Positions 45,275 through 54,565 of a stretch of DNA of 63,707 nucleotides are shown here, piece by piece. The DNA lies in assembly GCA_029941465.1 (NCBI GenBank), contig JAPYQN010000001.1:1-63707 (forward strand), read 5' to 3'. The position numbers and the translations under genes were made by a program. A model generated the notes under the pieces. That model ran no database searches, was not told the DNA's origin, and saw only the letters and a program-made list of their open reading frames with translations. The stretch comes from Gammaproteobacteria bacterium (GTDB lineage Bacteria; Pseudomonadota; Gammaproteobacteria; Steroidobacterales; UBA11654). Numbering within the stretch: the stretch's first letter is position 1; every line of letters starts with the position of its first letter.

Positions 45275-46634
45275 TTTCTTAGCAACTCTTTTTTTCTTGT
45301 TTGGATTATTGTGTATTGCTCACTACCCAGCTAAGAGAATCATGATCTGGGCGATAGATAACCTAGAGGATAAAAGGTTAATGCTTCCATTATCTTTATT
45401 ACTCTTTATTCTGGCAATTATCTCAATATATTTAAGTACAAATATCTCTGATTGGAATTATAGAGCGGGACCACTAATACTCTTCATTCTGGGTATAGCA
45501 TTAATTCTAAGGGCTTTAGCAATACTCATTTTTCCCTTACAACTAAAAAAAGCTCTCCAATACATTTTGCAAAATATACCCGTCTTTACAACAACACTAG
45601 CAGGTGTCTTTTTAATTCTTTTATCTGCATTCACAGTTAGCCGAGATTATATTGGTCCGTTTAAAGACTTATCAGATTGTAGTAACAGTCAAGTTTTAAC
45701 AGTGTACTGCCTTGCCTCTAATCCTGAAGATCTAGCACTTACTCCTGATAATCAATCATTAATCGTATCTGAATTTGGGGGCATTAGACCTTATGAAGAG
45801 CCTCAAGAGGGCAGCTTTTCAATTTTTGACTTAACTACATCATCAATAAAAAAAATACCTGTGATAATGGACTTGAATGTTTGGGGAGACCCCCAATGCC
45901 AAAGAGACTCAAACACTTTTGGACCGCATGGAATTGATTTAATAAAAAGAGACGATGGCAGTTATCAACTTGCAGTGGTTAATCATTATCCAACTGAGAC
46001 AATAGAACTGTTTGAATTAAGAAAAGACGATCAATGGTCATTGATATGGAGAGGGTGTGTTAATGTTCCCACAAAATATTATTTTAATGATATTACATTA
46101 GACAGTGATGGAAGCTTTTATGTAACGCATATGTATCCTAGGGAGATAACTATAATTGCATGGTTGAATGCAGCCTTATTTAAATATGCAACTGGGCTAG
46201 TCTTGTTCTGGAGTCATAACAAATTTGAAGAACTTGAGTTTACCAAAGCCGGACAACCAAACGGTATAGTAAAATCTGGAAATACATTGTATGTGGCAAA
46301 TAATCTGAGTGATTCTATTACAGGTTATGATTTAGTCGAGCAAAAAGAAATTGCCTATTTTCCAATTAACTCACCTGATAATCTTATTCTGCATGATGAT
46401 TCTATTTGGGTAACGTCTTTAGAGCATGAAGCTGTAGACGTTTTATCATGCCCCAGTGAACAATGTTCTTTGCCGTTTAATGTCTACAGTTTGTCTTCAC
46501 AAGATCTTCAATTACAGAAAGTGTATTCATTTAGTGAAGAGGCTATGGGACTACCTACCGTTGCCTTGCCTGTTGATGATAAGATTTGGATGGGTTCTTT
46601 TAGATTAGACAGATTAGTTAATTTTGATAAATAA
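45267..46634 (+). CDS. Membrane-anchored beta-propeller protein, paraoxonase/arylesterase (PON/SMP-30)-like
   Basis: 455 aa, with about 4 TM segments in the first ~125 aa. The remainder resembles mammalian PON blocks: SNPEDLALTPDN versus GSEDLEILPNG, and FGPHGIDL...LAVVNHYPTETIELFEL versus FNPHGISTF...LLVVNHPD.STVELFKF. Confidence 0.55.
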   Translation: MNNFLATLFFLFGLLCIAHYPAKRIMIWAIDNLEDKRLMLPLSLLLFILAIISIYLSTNISDWNYRAGPLILFILGIALILRALAILIFPLQLKKALQYILQNIPVFTTTLAGVFLILLSAFTVSRDYIGPFKDLSDCSNSQVLTVYCLASNPEDLALTPDNQSLIVSEFGGIRPYEEPQEGSFSIFDLTTSSIKKIPVIMDLNVWGDPQCQRDSNTFGPHGIDLIKRDDGSYQLAVVNHYPTETIELFELRKDDQWSLIWRGCVNVPTKYYFNDITLDSDGSFYVTHMYPREITIIAWLNAALFKYATGLVLFWSHNKFEELEFTKAGQPNGIVKSGNTLYVANNLSDSITGYDLVEQKEIAYFPINSPDNLILHDDSIWVTSLEHEAVDVLSCPSEQCSLPFNVYSLSSQDLQLQKVYSFSEEAMGLPTVALPVDDKIWMGSFRLDRLVNFDK

Positions 46635-46648
46635 CCAATGGTATTATT

Positions 46649-47650
46649 ATGAAAGCATTTTTGTGTAGAAAATTTGGTCCAATCAACTCACACACTGTTG
46701 ATGAAGTAGATAATTTAGTTCCTGGTGATAATGAAGTAGTTGTAGACGTGCACGCTGCTGGTGTGGCGTTTCCAGATGTATTGGTCGTTCAAGGACTCTA
46801 TCAGATCAAACCTGAATTTCCCTTTTCACCAGGCGGTGAGTTTGCTGGTGTAATAAGCTCTACAGGCTCCAAGGTTAAAATGTGGAATGAAGGTGACCGT
46901 GTCATTGGTTTTAAAGGCAGTGGCGGATTTGCTGAACAAGCCATCTGTAATGCCTACAACATTATGCCACTACCTGAGACTATGGATTATATAATAGGGT
47001 CAATTTTTCCATTAAATTATGGCACTTCGATCCATGCTTTTAAACAAAGAGCAGATTTAAAAGAAGGTGAATCTGTTCTAATTATGGGTGCAGCTGGTGG
47101 TTTAGGGTTAACGGCTATTCATGTAGCTAAAGCCATGGGTGCTAAAGTTATTGCAGCAGCATCATCAAATGAAAAATTAGAGTTGTGTCAATCCCAAGGA
47201 GCTGATGAAACTATTCTATATTCGAGAAATAACATGAATAGAGACTCTCAAAAAGAATTTTCTAACAAAATCAAAGCTGCAACACAAGGTCAAGGTGTTG
47301 ATGTAATTTTTGATCCTGTAGGAGGCGCCTATTGTGAGCCAGCACTCAGGGCTATTGCATGGAAGGGCAGATACTTGGTCATTGGCTTTACTTCGAGCAT
47401 CCCTTCAATACCTTTAAACCTCGCTTTGCTCAAAGGTTGTCAGATAATTGGGGTTTTTTGGGGAAACTTTTGCTTAAAAGAACCACTAGTCAATGCAGAC
47501 AATTTTAAAGCCCTTTTTAAAATGTTTGAAAACGATCAAATCAAACCCTTTGTTGTTGAAACTTACCCATTAGAGAAAACTGCACACGCCATTGAATTAT
47601 TAGCCAATCGTGAGGCCTTAGGTAAAATAGCTATTAAAATTCGTGATTAA
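46649..47650 (+). CDS. NADPH:quinone oxidoreductase / zeta-crystallin-like MDR family protein
   Basis: 333 aa with an MDR fold and the nucleotide motif IMGAAGGLGL. No structural-zinc Cys cluster is present. Confidence 0.8.
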   Translation: MKAFLCRKFGPINSHTVDEVDNLVPGDNEVVVDVHAAGVAFPDVLVVQGLYQIKPEFPFSPGGEFAGVISSTGSKVKMWNEGDRVIGFKGSGGFAEQAICNAYNIMPLPETMDYIIGSIFPLNYGTSIHAFKQRADLKEGESVLIMGAAGGLGLTAIHVAKAMGAKVIAAASSNEKLELCQSQGADETILYSRNNMNRDSQKEFSNKIKAATQGQGVDVIFDPVGGAYCEPALRAIAWKGRYLVIGFTSSIPSIPLNLALLKGCQIIGVFWGNFCLKEPLVNADNFKALFKMFENDQIKPFVVETYPLEKTAHAIELLANREALGKIAIKIRD

Positions 47651-48919
47651 ATGAATCGCACTAAAAGTTATTCCATTTTAGGTTTTCTTACCTTATTGAA
47701 TACCTTAAACTTTATAGATCGTCAGCTATTATCCAGTTTTTCTAATTACATTGTCCCTGACCTTGGACTAACCAATACTCAATATGGAATATTATCCGGT
47801 CTTGCCTTTATTATTTTTTACTCAATTATGGGAGTAATTATGGGGGCTATAGCGGATAGAGTGCATAGGCCTAAATTTATGGCTTTTGGCGTATTGCTAT
47901 GGAGTTTATTAACTGCAGTATCAGGCATGGCTAAAAACTTCTGGATGTTATTCCTTCCTAGAATATTTATTGGAATAGGTGAATCGGTTTTAACTCCTAC
48001 ATCATTATCATTTTTATCAGAACACTTCCCTAGAAAAAATATGGGGTTTGTTGCAGGTTTCTATTATCTTGCGGTGCCTCTGGGAGTTACTTTATCATTT
48101 TATATTGCAGGGTTTCTTGGCCCTGTATGGGGTTGGAGAAATTGTTTTTATGCGCTGGGTGTATTGGGTTTTTTCTTAGCCGCTTTAATGCTCCTTTTTA
48201 AGGAAACACCAAAAAGAGAAGATGCCATTAAAAATAAGACCATTAAACACGTTATAACCAAAAAAATATTCTTAGAATCAATTCGTGAATTAAGAATTAT
48301 CATAAAAGAAAGTTACCAACTAAGAATGACTATTTACGGCAGCATAGCAGTTCATTTTATTCTCGGGGCACTGGCTTTCGATCAACTGTGGTTAGTTGAA
48401 GATAAAGGCTTTGATAGAGCTGAAATTCTAATAATTAGTGGAACAATAGGACTACCTGCTGGGATTTTGGGTAATTTATTTGGGGGTATTGGTAGTGATT
48501 ATTACACCAAAGTTACAGGCAAAGGTAGGCAGATGTTTCTTTTTTGGTGTTTATTAATTTTTACTCCTTTTATTCTCTTATATCGATTAACAGATGACAC
48601 AGGGATTATTTTCTTTTCGATGATGTTTCTAGGATTTTTTCAATGGGGATGTTTATACGGACCCATTACTTCCTCAATCCAAGAACTTGCACCAGAAAAA
48701 AACAAAGCCCTAGTTCTCGCTTATTATTTATTCTTGACTAATTTAATTGGCATTGGATTATCAACAACCGCAGCTGGAATTATGACTGATATTTTAATTG
48801 CTAATAATGTAGAAAATCCTTACTCAATCACACTGTTAGCATTCCAATCACTGGCTGCATTATGTTTACCGGCATTTTATTTAGCTGGGAATGCGAGTAG
48901 TTTGTCAGCAAAAGATTAG
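47651..48919 (+). CDS. MFS transporter
   Basis: 422 aa with about 12 TM segments and the MFS loop motif GAIADRVHRPK. It starts 1 nt after the preceding gene. Confidence 0.8.
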   Translation: MNRTKSYSILGFLTLLNTLNFIDRQLLSSFSNYIVPDLGLTNTQYGILSGLAFIIFYSIMGVIMGAIADRVHRPKFMAFGVLLWSLLTAVSGMAKNFWMLFLPRIFIGIGESVLTPTSLSFLSEHFPRKNMGFVAGFYYLAVPLGVTLSFYIAGFLGPVWGWRNCFYALGVLGFFLAALMLLFKETPKREDAIKNKTIKHVITKKIFLESIRELRIIIKESYQLRMTIYGSIAVHFILGALAFDQLWLVEDKGFDRAEILIISGTIGLPAGILGNLFGGIGSDYYTKVTGKGRQMFLFWCLLIFTPFILLYRLTDDTGIIFFSMMFLGFFQWGCLYGPITSSIQELAPEKNKALVLAYYLFLTNLIGIGLSTTAAGIMTDILIANNVENPYSITLLAFQSLAALCLPAFYLAGNASSLSAKD

Positions 48920-48921
48920 TT

Positions 48922-50373
48922 TCAAATGAATTCTAATTCTTTGTTTGCAATACGACCGTATCTTAGTTGAAGAACATCTTTAGTGTAGTTCTGTGTGTTT
49001 CTCCAGGGATCTCTAGCTCCTTGACGAGGAAACTTTTTTGCAGCCCTTGAGACATATCCAGAATTGAAATCTAACCATTCGCCATCAATAGCAATGTGAC
49101 CATTTGGGGTTGGCTGGCAATACTTATAATCGTTCTTATCCATATAGTTGAGTAATCTGCAAACATATTCTGCTGTTAAGTCTGCCCTTAGTGTCCAAGA
49201 AGCATTGGTATAACCAAACGTCAACACTGCGTTTGGCACATGGGTAATCATCATGCCTTTGTAAGTCATCGATTTAGAGATATCAATATCTTTACCATCA
49301 ACGGTTATATTAATATTGCTACACACAATCATATTGAGCCCTGTGGCTGTGATAATAATATCGGCTTTGAGTTCATCTCCAGATTTTAGTTTTATTCCAT
49401 CATTTGTAAATTGATCTATATGTTCTGTTACCACAGATGCCTTGCCATCATTGATAGCATTAAAAAGATCACCATCAGGGACTAAACATAATCGTTGCTC
49501 CCAAGGATTATAAGGAGGTGTAAAGTGCTTATTTACGTCAAAACCGTCTGGCAGATGGTCTTTAACTAGCTTAATCAAAAAAGCCTTAACATTTTTAGGG
49601 TATTTTCTGGCTTTTTTAAAACCCCAAGATTGTAAGAATATATTTTGCCAACGCATGACGTAGTAGGCAACAGTATTATTAGTAATTTTTCTAATAAAAT
49701 TCCCTACAGGGTTTTCATTAGGTCTAATCATATAATAAGTAGGAGAACGTTGGAGCATTGTTATATGTTTTGTTTTTTCAGCCATGGAGGGGATTAGAGT
49801 CACAGCTGTTGCGCCACTTCCAATTACAACGACTCTTTTGTTAGAGTAATCTAGGTCTTCAGGCCATTTTTGTGGGTGGATAATTTGGCCATCAAAATTA
49901 TCACTGCCTTTAAATTCTGGGTCATAACCTTGGTCATAATCATAATAACCAACGCATAAATATAGGAAATCACAGGTCAAAACACTTTTTGAGTTATCCA
50001 ATTTATTTCTATAATTAACGGACCATTGGGCTATGTCTGATGACCATGAAACAGACTCAACATGTGAGTGGTATTGAATTTTTTCTTTTATCTTATTTTC
50101 ATCAGCAATTTCATGAAGATAATCTAGGATTGCTCCTCCATCTGCTACTAATTTTTCTCCCTGCCAAGGTTTGAATCTAAATCCCATCGTACACATGTCT
50201 GAATCTGATCTTATTCCTGGATACTTGAAAAGATCCCATGTGCCACCTAATTGGTCTCTCGATTCAAGAATTAGGTAGTCTTTATTAGGGCATTCTTTAT
50301 TTAGATGATAAGCAGCACCGATTCCAGAAAGTCCGGCTCCAACAATTAGTATATTTACGTGTTTGTCATCCAT
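48922..50373 (-). CDS. Type I Baeyer-Villiger (flavin-containing) monooxygenase, EthA-like
   Basis: 483 aa with the FAD motif GAGLSGIG, GGTW, the exact BVMO fingerprint FxGxxxHxxxWP (FDGQIIHPQKWP) and the NADPH motif GSGATA. Confidence 0.85.
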   Translation of the reverse strand: MDDKHVNILIVGAGLSGIGAAYHLNKECPNKDYLILESRDQLGGTWDLFKYPGIRSDSDMCTMGFRFKPWQGEKLVADGGAILDYLHEIADENKIKEKIQYHSHVESVSWSSDIAQWSVNYRNKLDNSKSVLTCDFLYLCVGYYDYDQGYDPEFKGSDNFDGQIIHPQKWPEDLDYSNKRVVVIGSGATAVTLIPSMAEKTKHITMLQRSPTYYMIRPNENPVGNFIRKITNNTVAYYVMRWQNIFLQSWGFKKARKYPKNVKAFLIKLVKDHLPDGFDVNKHFTPPYNPWEQRLCLVPDGDLFNAINDGKASVVTEHIDQFTNDGIKLKSGDELKADIIITATGLNMIVCSNINITVDGKDIDISKSMTYKGMMITHVPNAVLTFGYTNASWTLRADLTAEYVCRLLNYMDKNDYKYCQPTPNGHIAIDGEWLDFNSGYVSRAAKKFPRQGARDPWRNTQNYTKDVLQLRYGRIANKELEFI

Positions 50374-50451
50374 TTCTATAGTTACATCTACAGTAGAAGG
50401 TTGTAATATATCTTAAATCAATATTTGTTGATAATCTTTTACAATTTTTAT

Positions 50452-52026
50452 ATGAGTTATTTAGTTTTAGCAAGGAAATGGAGACCTAAGTTTTTTTCTG
50501 AAGTTTCAGGACAAGACCATGTTGTTAAAGCCTTGCAAAATTCACTTAAGCAAAATAAAGCCCACCATGCTTTTTTATTTGCTGGCACCAGAGGCGTCGG
50601 AAAGACAACCATTGCTCGATTGCTTGCTAAAGCCTTAAATTGTGAACAAGGGGTGGTTGCTGAGCCTTGTGGCGAATGTAAATCCTGTCTAGCTATAGAT
50701 GAGGGCCATTTCATGGATCTTATTGAAGTTGATGCTGCTTCTCAAAGGGGCATTGATGATACAAGAGATTTACTAGAAAACACACAATACACTCCTAGCT
50801 CAGGACGCTATAAAGTTTACTTAATTGATGAGGTTCATCAGCTAACTAAAGAGGCTTTTAATGCCCTACTTAAAACTCTTGAGGAGCCACCGCCACATAT
50901 GAAGTTTCTACTGGCCACTACGGAAAGTGAAAAAATACCAATCACGGTGTTATCAAGATGTTTGAAGTTTAACTTAAAAAAAATCTCGGAAGAAAATATA
51001 TCTAAACGAATGACAGAGATCTGTAAGGAAGAGGGCATTGAATTTGAAGATAAAGCAATCGATATGATTAGCCAAGCTGCAGACGGGAGTATGCGAGATG
51101 GTTTAAGTCTTTTGGATCAAGCTTTAGCTTTTGAAGACTATAATTTAACGGCAGATCAAGTCTCGACAATGCTGGGTACCATTGATGTTAACTTCGCTTT
51201 AAATATCCTGTCATCAGTATTAACGCAAGATAAAAACAGCCTGATAGAAGCCTTAGATGCAGTCGATCAACTATACCCAGATTATTCTGATTTATTGGAT
51301 ACCATTGCTTCACTAACCCAATCAATTGCTTTTCATCAAGTCATAGGTTCTAGTGAAAAAACTAACTCCAATGATAACAATCCATTAATCGAGAATTTTG
51401 CTGAAACTTATTCCCCAGAATTGATTCAATTGATTTACCAAATGGCTATAACCTCTAAAAGAGATATCAATATTGCCCCAACCACTAAAGAAGGCTTTAC
51501 TATGGCAATTCTTAGAATGTTTGCATTCCAACCAAGCGAACCAAAATCAACGAATAGTCCTGTTAAACCGACTGATAATCAACCAAACATTAATACGTCA
51601 ACTACAGCAGTTAAAAGCAATACTAAAGAAACAAACGAAAAAGAAATAAATGGAAAAATGCTCAACCCTAAGCAATGGACTGCAGATGTCTCAAGGATGA
51701 ACCTTACAGGCACCGTTAAGCAATTAGTTTCTCATTGTATGTTTGGTGACTTAAAAGATCAGACTTTGAAATTATATATCGATCCTGAAAATGAACATCA
51801 CCTCATAAATAGAGCTGTTGTAACTTTAAATGAGTACTTGTTAAATTATTATGCGAATATTTCTAAAGTTAATATTCAAGTATTAAAAACTAATGGGACA
51901 ACATTAGCAAAAAAGAAGTCAGAAGCTACAGAGGAACAAAAAATTATGAATCAATCGCGTATTAAATCTGATCCTAATCTACAAGAATACATGGATATGT
52001 TTGATGCCACCATTGAAGACGGGTAA
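50452..52026 (+). CDS. dnaX: DNA polymerase III subunit tau (gamma/tau)
   Basis: The ATG at 50452 (MSYLVLARKWRPK...) is preferred over the upstream TTG. It has Walker A GTRGVGKTT, the zinc module CGECKSC, SRC-type LSRC, a low-complexity linker and a tau-type C-terminal domain. Confidence 0.92.
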   Translation: MSYLVLARKWRPKFFSEVSGQDHVVKALQNSLKQNKAHHAFLFAGTRGVGKTTIARLLAKALNCEQGVVAEPCGECKSCLAIDEGHFMDLIEVDAASQRGIDDTRDLLENTQYTPSSGRYKVYLIDEVHQLTKEAFNALLKTLEEPPPHMKFLLATTESEKIPITVLSRCLKFNLKKISEENISKRMTEICKEEGIEFEDKAIDMISQAADGSMRDGLSLLDQALAFEDYNLTADQVSTMLGTIDVNFALNILSSVLTQDKNSLIEALDAVDQLYPDYSDLLDTIASLTQSIAFHQVIGSSEKTNSNDNNPLIENFAETYSPELIQLIYQMAITSKRDINIAPTTKEGFTMAILRMFAFQPSEPKSTNSPVKPTDNQPNINTSTTAVKSNTKETNEKEINGKMLNPKQWTADVSRMNLTGTVKQLVSHCMFGDLKDQTLKLYIDPENEHHLINRAVVTLNEYLLNYYANISKVNIQVLKTNGTTLAKKKSEATEEQKIMNQSRIKSDPNLQEYMDMFDATIEDG

Positions 52027-52631
52027 TGAAAAGCTATAGCCCAGTTCTTCAAGATTTAATTGAAGCCTTTAAGCAGTTACCAGGTATTGGAATTAAAAGC
52101 GCCCAAAGAATTGTTTTTTATTTACTAAAGGAAAACGACAATAAAGCCCAATTTCTTGCTGATTCGATTCAGAAGTCATTTCAATCAATTAAGGAATGTG
52201 ATCAATGCAGAATGTACACAGAAGAACAAACCTGCGGTATATGCACAGATAACAACAGAGATAGTGGAATTATATGTGTTATTGAAACACCAGCTGATTT
52301 GATTGCTATTGAAAATACCATGGAATTCAAGGGAAAATATTTTGTTCTGATGGGGCGCCTATCACCAATTGATGGGATCGGTCCAGAAGAGCTTAAAATT
52401 GATCTTCTCATTAACGTTTTACAACAAAGTAATGTTAGAGAGGTCATTCTGGCAGTTAGCCCAACAGTTGAAGGGGAGGCTACCGTTGCTTATATTGCTT
52501 CACTGGTTGAATCTGAAAACATTAAGTCTTCTAGAATTGCTTATGGTGTGCCTATGGGCGGAGAATTAGAGTATGTTGACTCAAACACATTAATCCAAGC
52601 TCTTAATAATAGAAATACTATAGACGGTTAA
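52026..52631 (+). CDS. recR: Recombination protein RecR
   Basis: 201 aa with an HhH (LPGIGIKSAQR), a Cys4 zinc finger (CDQC...CGIC) and a Toprim domain. Its ATG overlaps the dnaX TAA (TAATG). Confidence 0.95.
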   Translation: MKSYSPVLQDLIEAFKQLPGIGIKSAQRIVFYLLKENDNKAQFLADSIQKSFQSIKECDQCRMYTEEQTCGICTDNNRDSGIICVIETPADLIAIENTMEFKGKYFVLMGRLSPIDGIGPEELKIDLLINVLQQSNVREVILAVSPTVEGEATVAYIASLVESENIKSSRIAYGVPMGGELEYVDSNTLIQALNNRNTIDG

Positions 52632-52632
52632 A

Positions 52633-53532
52633 TTAGAGATAAGTGCTTATTAATTTTTTATAGTTCTCGTAGCGTTGTTCTGAAATTTTATTCAAACTGA
52701 CGTTCTCTTTAACTTGGCATGAGGGTTCATTTAAATGAGAACAGTCACGGTATTTACATTTAAAGTTGTCCTTATATATTTCCACAAATCCTTTTTGAAT
52801 ATCACTAATTGAATGAATGTTAGGGTGAAGGTTTTCTATACCTGGTGTGTCAGTTAAAAAGGTGCTCATATTTAAGAGGTGAATTTTTGTGGCGGTGGTG
52901 GTGTGCTTGCCTTTTTTTGATTTAGTTGAAAGTGATCTTGTTTTAATTTTATCTGATGACAACAGTAAATTAGTTATTGTTGATTTTCCCACTCCAGATT
53001 GGCCCACTAAAACTGACCGATGATCTTGGAGTTTTCTTATCAAGTCTAATTCATTGATTTTTGTTTTTGCAGAGATCTTAATAAGCTCATATCCTAAACC
53101 AGTGTATAGATTCAGTTCATGTTCAATCTTCGTAACTGATAAGTCTATTTTATTTAATACAATGGTTAGTTGGCATTTCATAAGTTCTGAAATGAGGATA
53201 AATTTATCAATCAATAAATAATTAGGTTTAGGTTCTGGCGAAACCACTAAAATTATCTGAGTTAGATTGTTGACAATGCTTTGTTTTACACCTCTTTTAT
53301 TAAGGCGCTCCATTTCATTAAATGGTTGTTTAATTCTTTCTATAACAACTGAATATTCATCAAGTTGTTGATAGTTTGCAAAGTCTCCAACGACTAATCC
53401 TTGGTGTTGTTTTTTTGTTATAAAGGGAATAAAGCCAATGACCTCATTCCATAATAACCCTCGATTGCCATGCAATTCTGTGATCAATGCTAAATTGTCA
53501 TATTGTTTAATCAAAGTTTCATGATTATACAT
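52633..53532 (-). CDS. rsgA: Ribosome small-subunit-dependent GTPase A
   Basis: 299 aa with a circularly permuted GTPase (NKIDL ... GQSGVGKST) and a C-terminal zinc knuckle (CKYRDCSHLNEPSC). Confidence 0.88.
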   Translation of the reverse strand: MYNHETLIKQYDNLALITELHGNRGLLWNEVIGFIPFITKKQHQGLVVGDFANYQQLDEYSVVIERIKQPFNEMERLNKRGVKQSIVNNLTQIILVVSPEPKPNYLLIDKFILISELMKCQLTIVLNKIDLSVTKIEHELNLYTGLGYELIKISAKTKINELDLIRKLQDHRSVLVGQSGVGKSTITNLLLSSDKIKTRSLSTKSKKGKHTTTATKIHLLNMSTFLTDTPGIENLHPNIHSISDIQKGFVEIYKDNFKCKYRDCSHLNEPSCQVKENVSLNKISEQRYENYKKLISTYL

Positions 53533-53558
53533 TTATAACTCTGTTAGAATCGTTTTAT

Positions 53559-54110
53559 ATGGCTACCTCATCGAAAAGATTAATCTGGATTGACCTTGAA
53601 ATGACTGGTCTTGATACACAAAATGACACCATTATCGAAATTGCAACAGTGGTTACTGATTCTAATCTAGAAATAATTGCAGAAGGCCCAAATCTTGCTA
53701 TACATCAAGAAGATGAAACTTTGGCTAACATGGATGATTGGAATAAGAGAACACATTCTGAATCTGGTCTGCTTGAACGAGTTCGATATTCTAAAACCAC
53801 AATTGAGGAAGCGGAGTCCCAAACACTCGATTTTCTTGCAAAATTGACAAATAAGAAAGAGGCTCCAATGTGTGGTAATTCGATATGCCAAGATAGACGT
53901 TTTCTTGCTCGATTAATGCCTGGATTAGAGGATCATTTTCAATACCGTAATCTTGATGTGACATCAATTAAGATAACTTCTCAGTTGTGGGCTCCAGATA
54001 TTGCAAAATCCTATGTTAAACAGTCCAATCATCAAGCCAGAGATGACGTTTATGACTCAATCTATGAACTAAGACATTATCGGAATCATTTTTTAAAAAA
54101 AGATGACTGA
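53559..54110 (+). CDS. orn: Oligoribonuclease
   Basis: 183 aa DEDDh exonuclease (LIWIDLEMTGLD, GNSICQDRRFL, H....DV). It is divergent from rsgA, as in E. coli. Confidence 0.92.
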   Translation: MATSSKRLIWIDLEMTGLDTQNDTIIEIATVVTDSNLEIIAEGPNLAIHQEDETLANMDDWNKRTHSESGLLERVRYSKTTIEEAESQTLDFLAKLTNKKEAPMCGNSICQDRRFLARLMPGLEDHFQYRNLDVTSIKITSQLWAPDIAKSYVKQSNHQARDDVYDSIYELRHYRNHFLKKDD

Positions 54111-54113
54111 GCA

Positions 54114-54488
54114 CTATCCAGCAAAAAATAATCCAATGGTGCAAGCTAACCCAATGATGAAAGATACACTTCTTAAGGGTCCATTATTAGTTATATAAAA
54201 TGTTGCATGTAAGACTCTAGCAATAATGAAAGTAATAGCTAATAAGTCAATTATTGACTGGTCATGATTTAACCAATGAGCCACTACAACAGCTATTGCA
54301 AACATAGGAAAGGTTTCGTAATGATTTTGTTCTGCATTATAAGCATTCTTTGCTTTTCCACTGAGTTGGGTTATATGATCTCTTGGTGACTCATTGCTAT
54401 ACTGAACATCACTGTTTTTCTTCGAAATGCGTGAAAGAACTAAAGGAATTAGTAAACCAAACACAACACAATAAAGGGCTATCGTCAT
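54114..54488 (-). CDS. MAPEG-family membrane protein
   Basis: The ATG at 54488 is preceded by AAGGAG with an 8-nt spacer, and is preferred over the TTG at 54506. The protein is about 124 aa with 3-4 TM segments and the MAPEG-like block AQ.NHYE.FP.F. Confidence 0.6.
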   Translation of the reverse strand: MTIALYCVVFGLLIPLVLSRISKKNSDVQYSNESPRDHITQLSGKAKNAYNAEQNHYETFPMFAIAVVVAHWLNHDQSIIDLLAITFIIARVLHATFYITNNGPLRSVSFIIGLACTIGLFFAG

Positions 54489-54565
54489 ATTGTTATCTCC
54501 TTTCAATAAATTAGGTTTGATTATATTATGGAATAATAATAGAAATTCTTGAAGTGAATATTTAA

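Noticed and set aside
51909-51915. An exact E. coli-type dnaX -1 slippery heptamer, A_AAA_AAG, in the correct reading phase (gcA AAA AAG) inside dnaX.
   Set aside because: It lies at about codon 486 of 524, far downstream of where gamma/tau frameshifting occurs. A -1 shift would add 16 residues (EVRSYRGTKNYESIAY) before a TAA and remove only about 36 C-terminal residues. That would not generate a gamma-like product lacking domains IV-V. I saw no obvious downstream stimulatory hairpin. A-rich Lys runs are expected by chance in this AT-rich genome. Ribosome profiling or a western blot would settle it.
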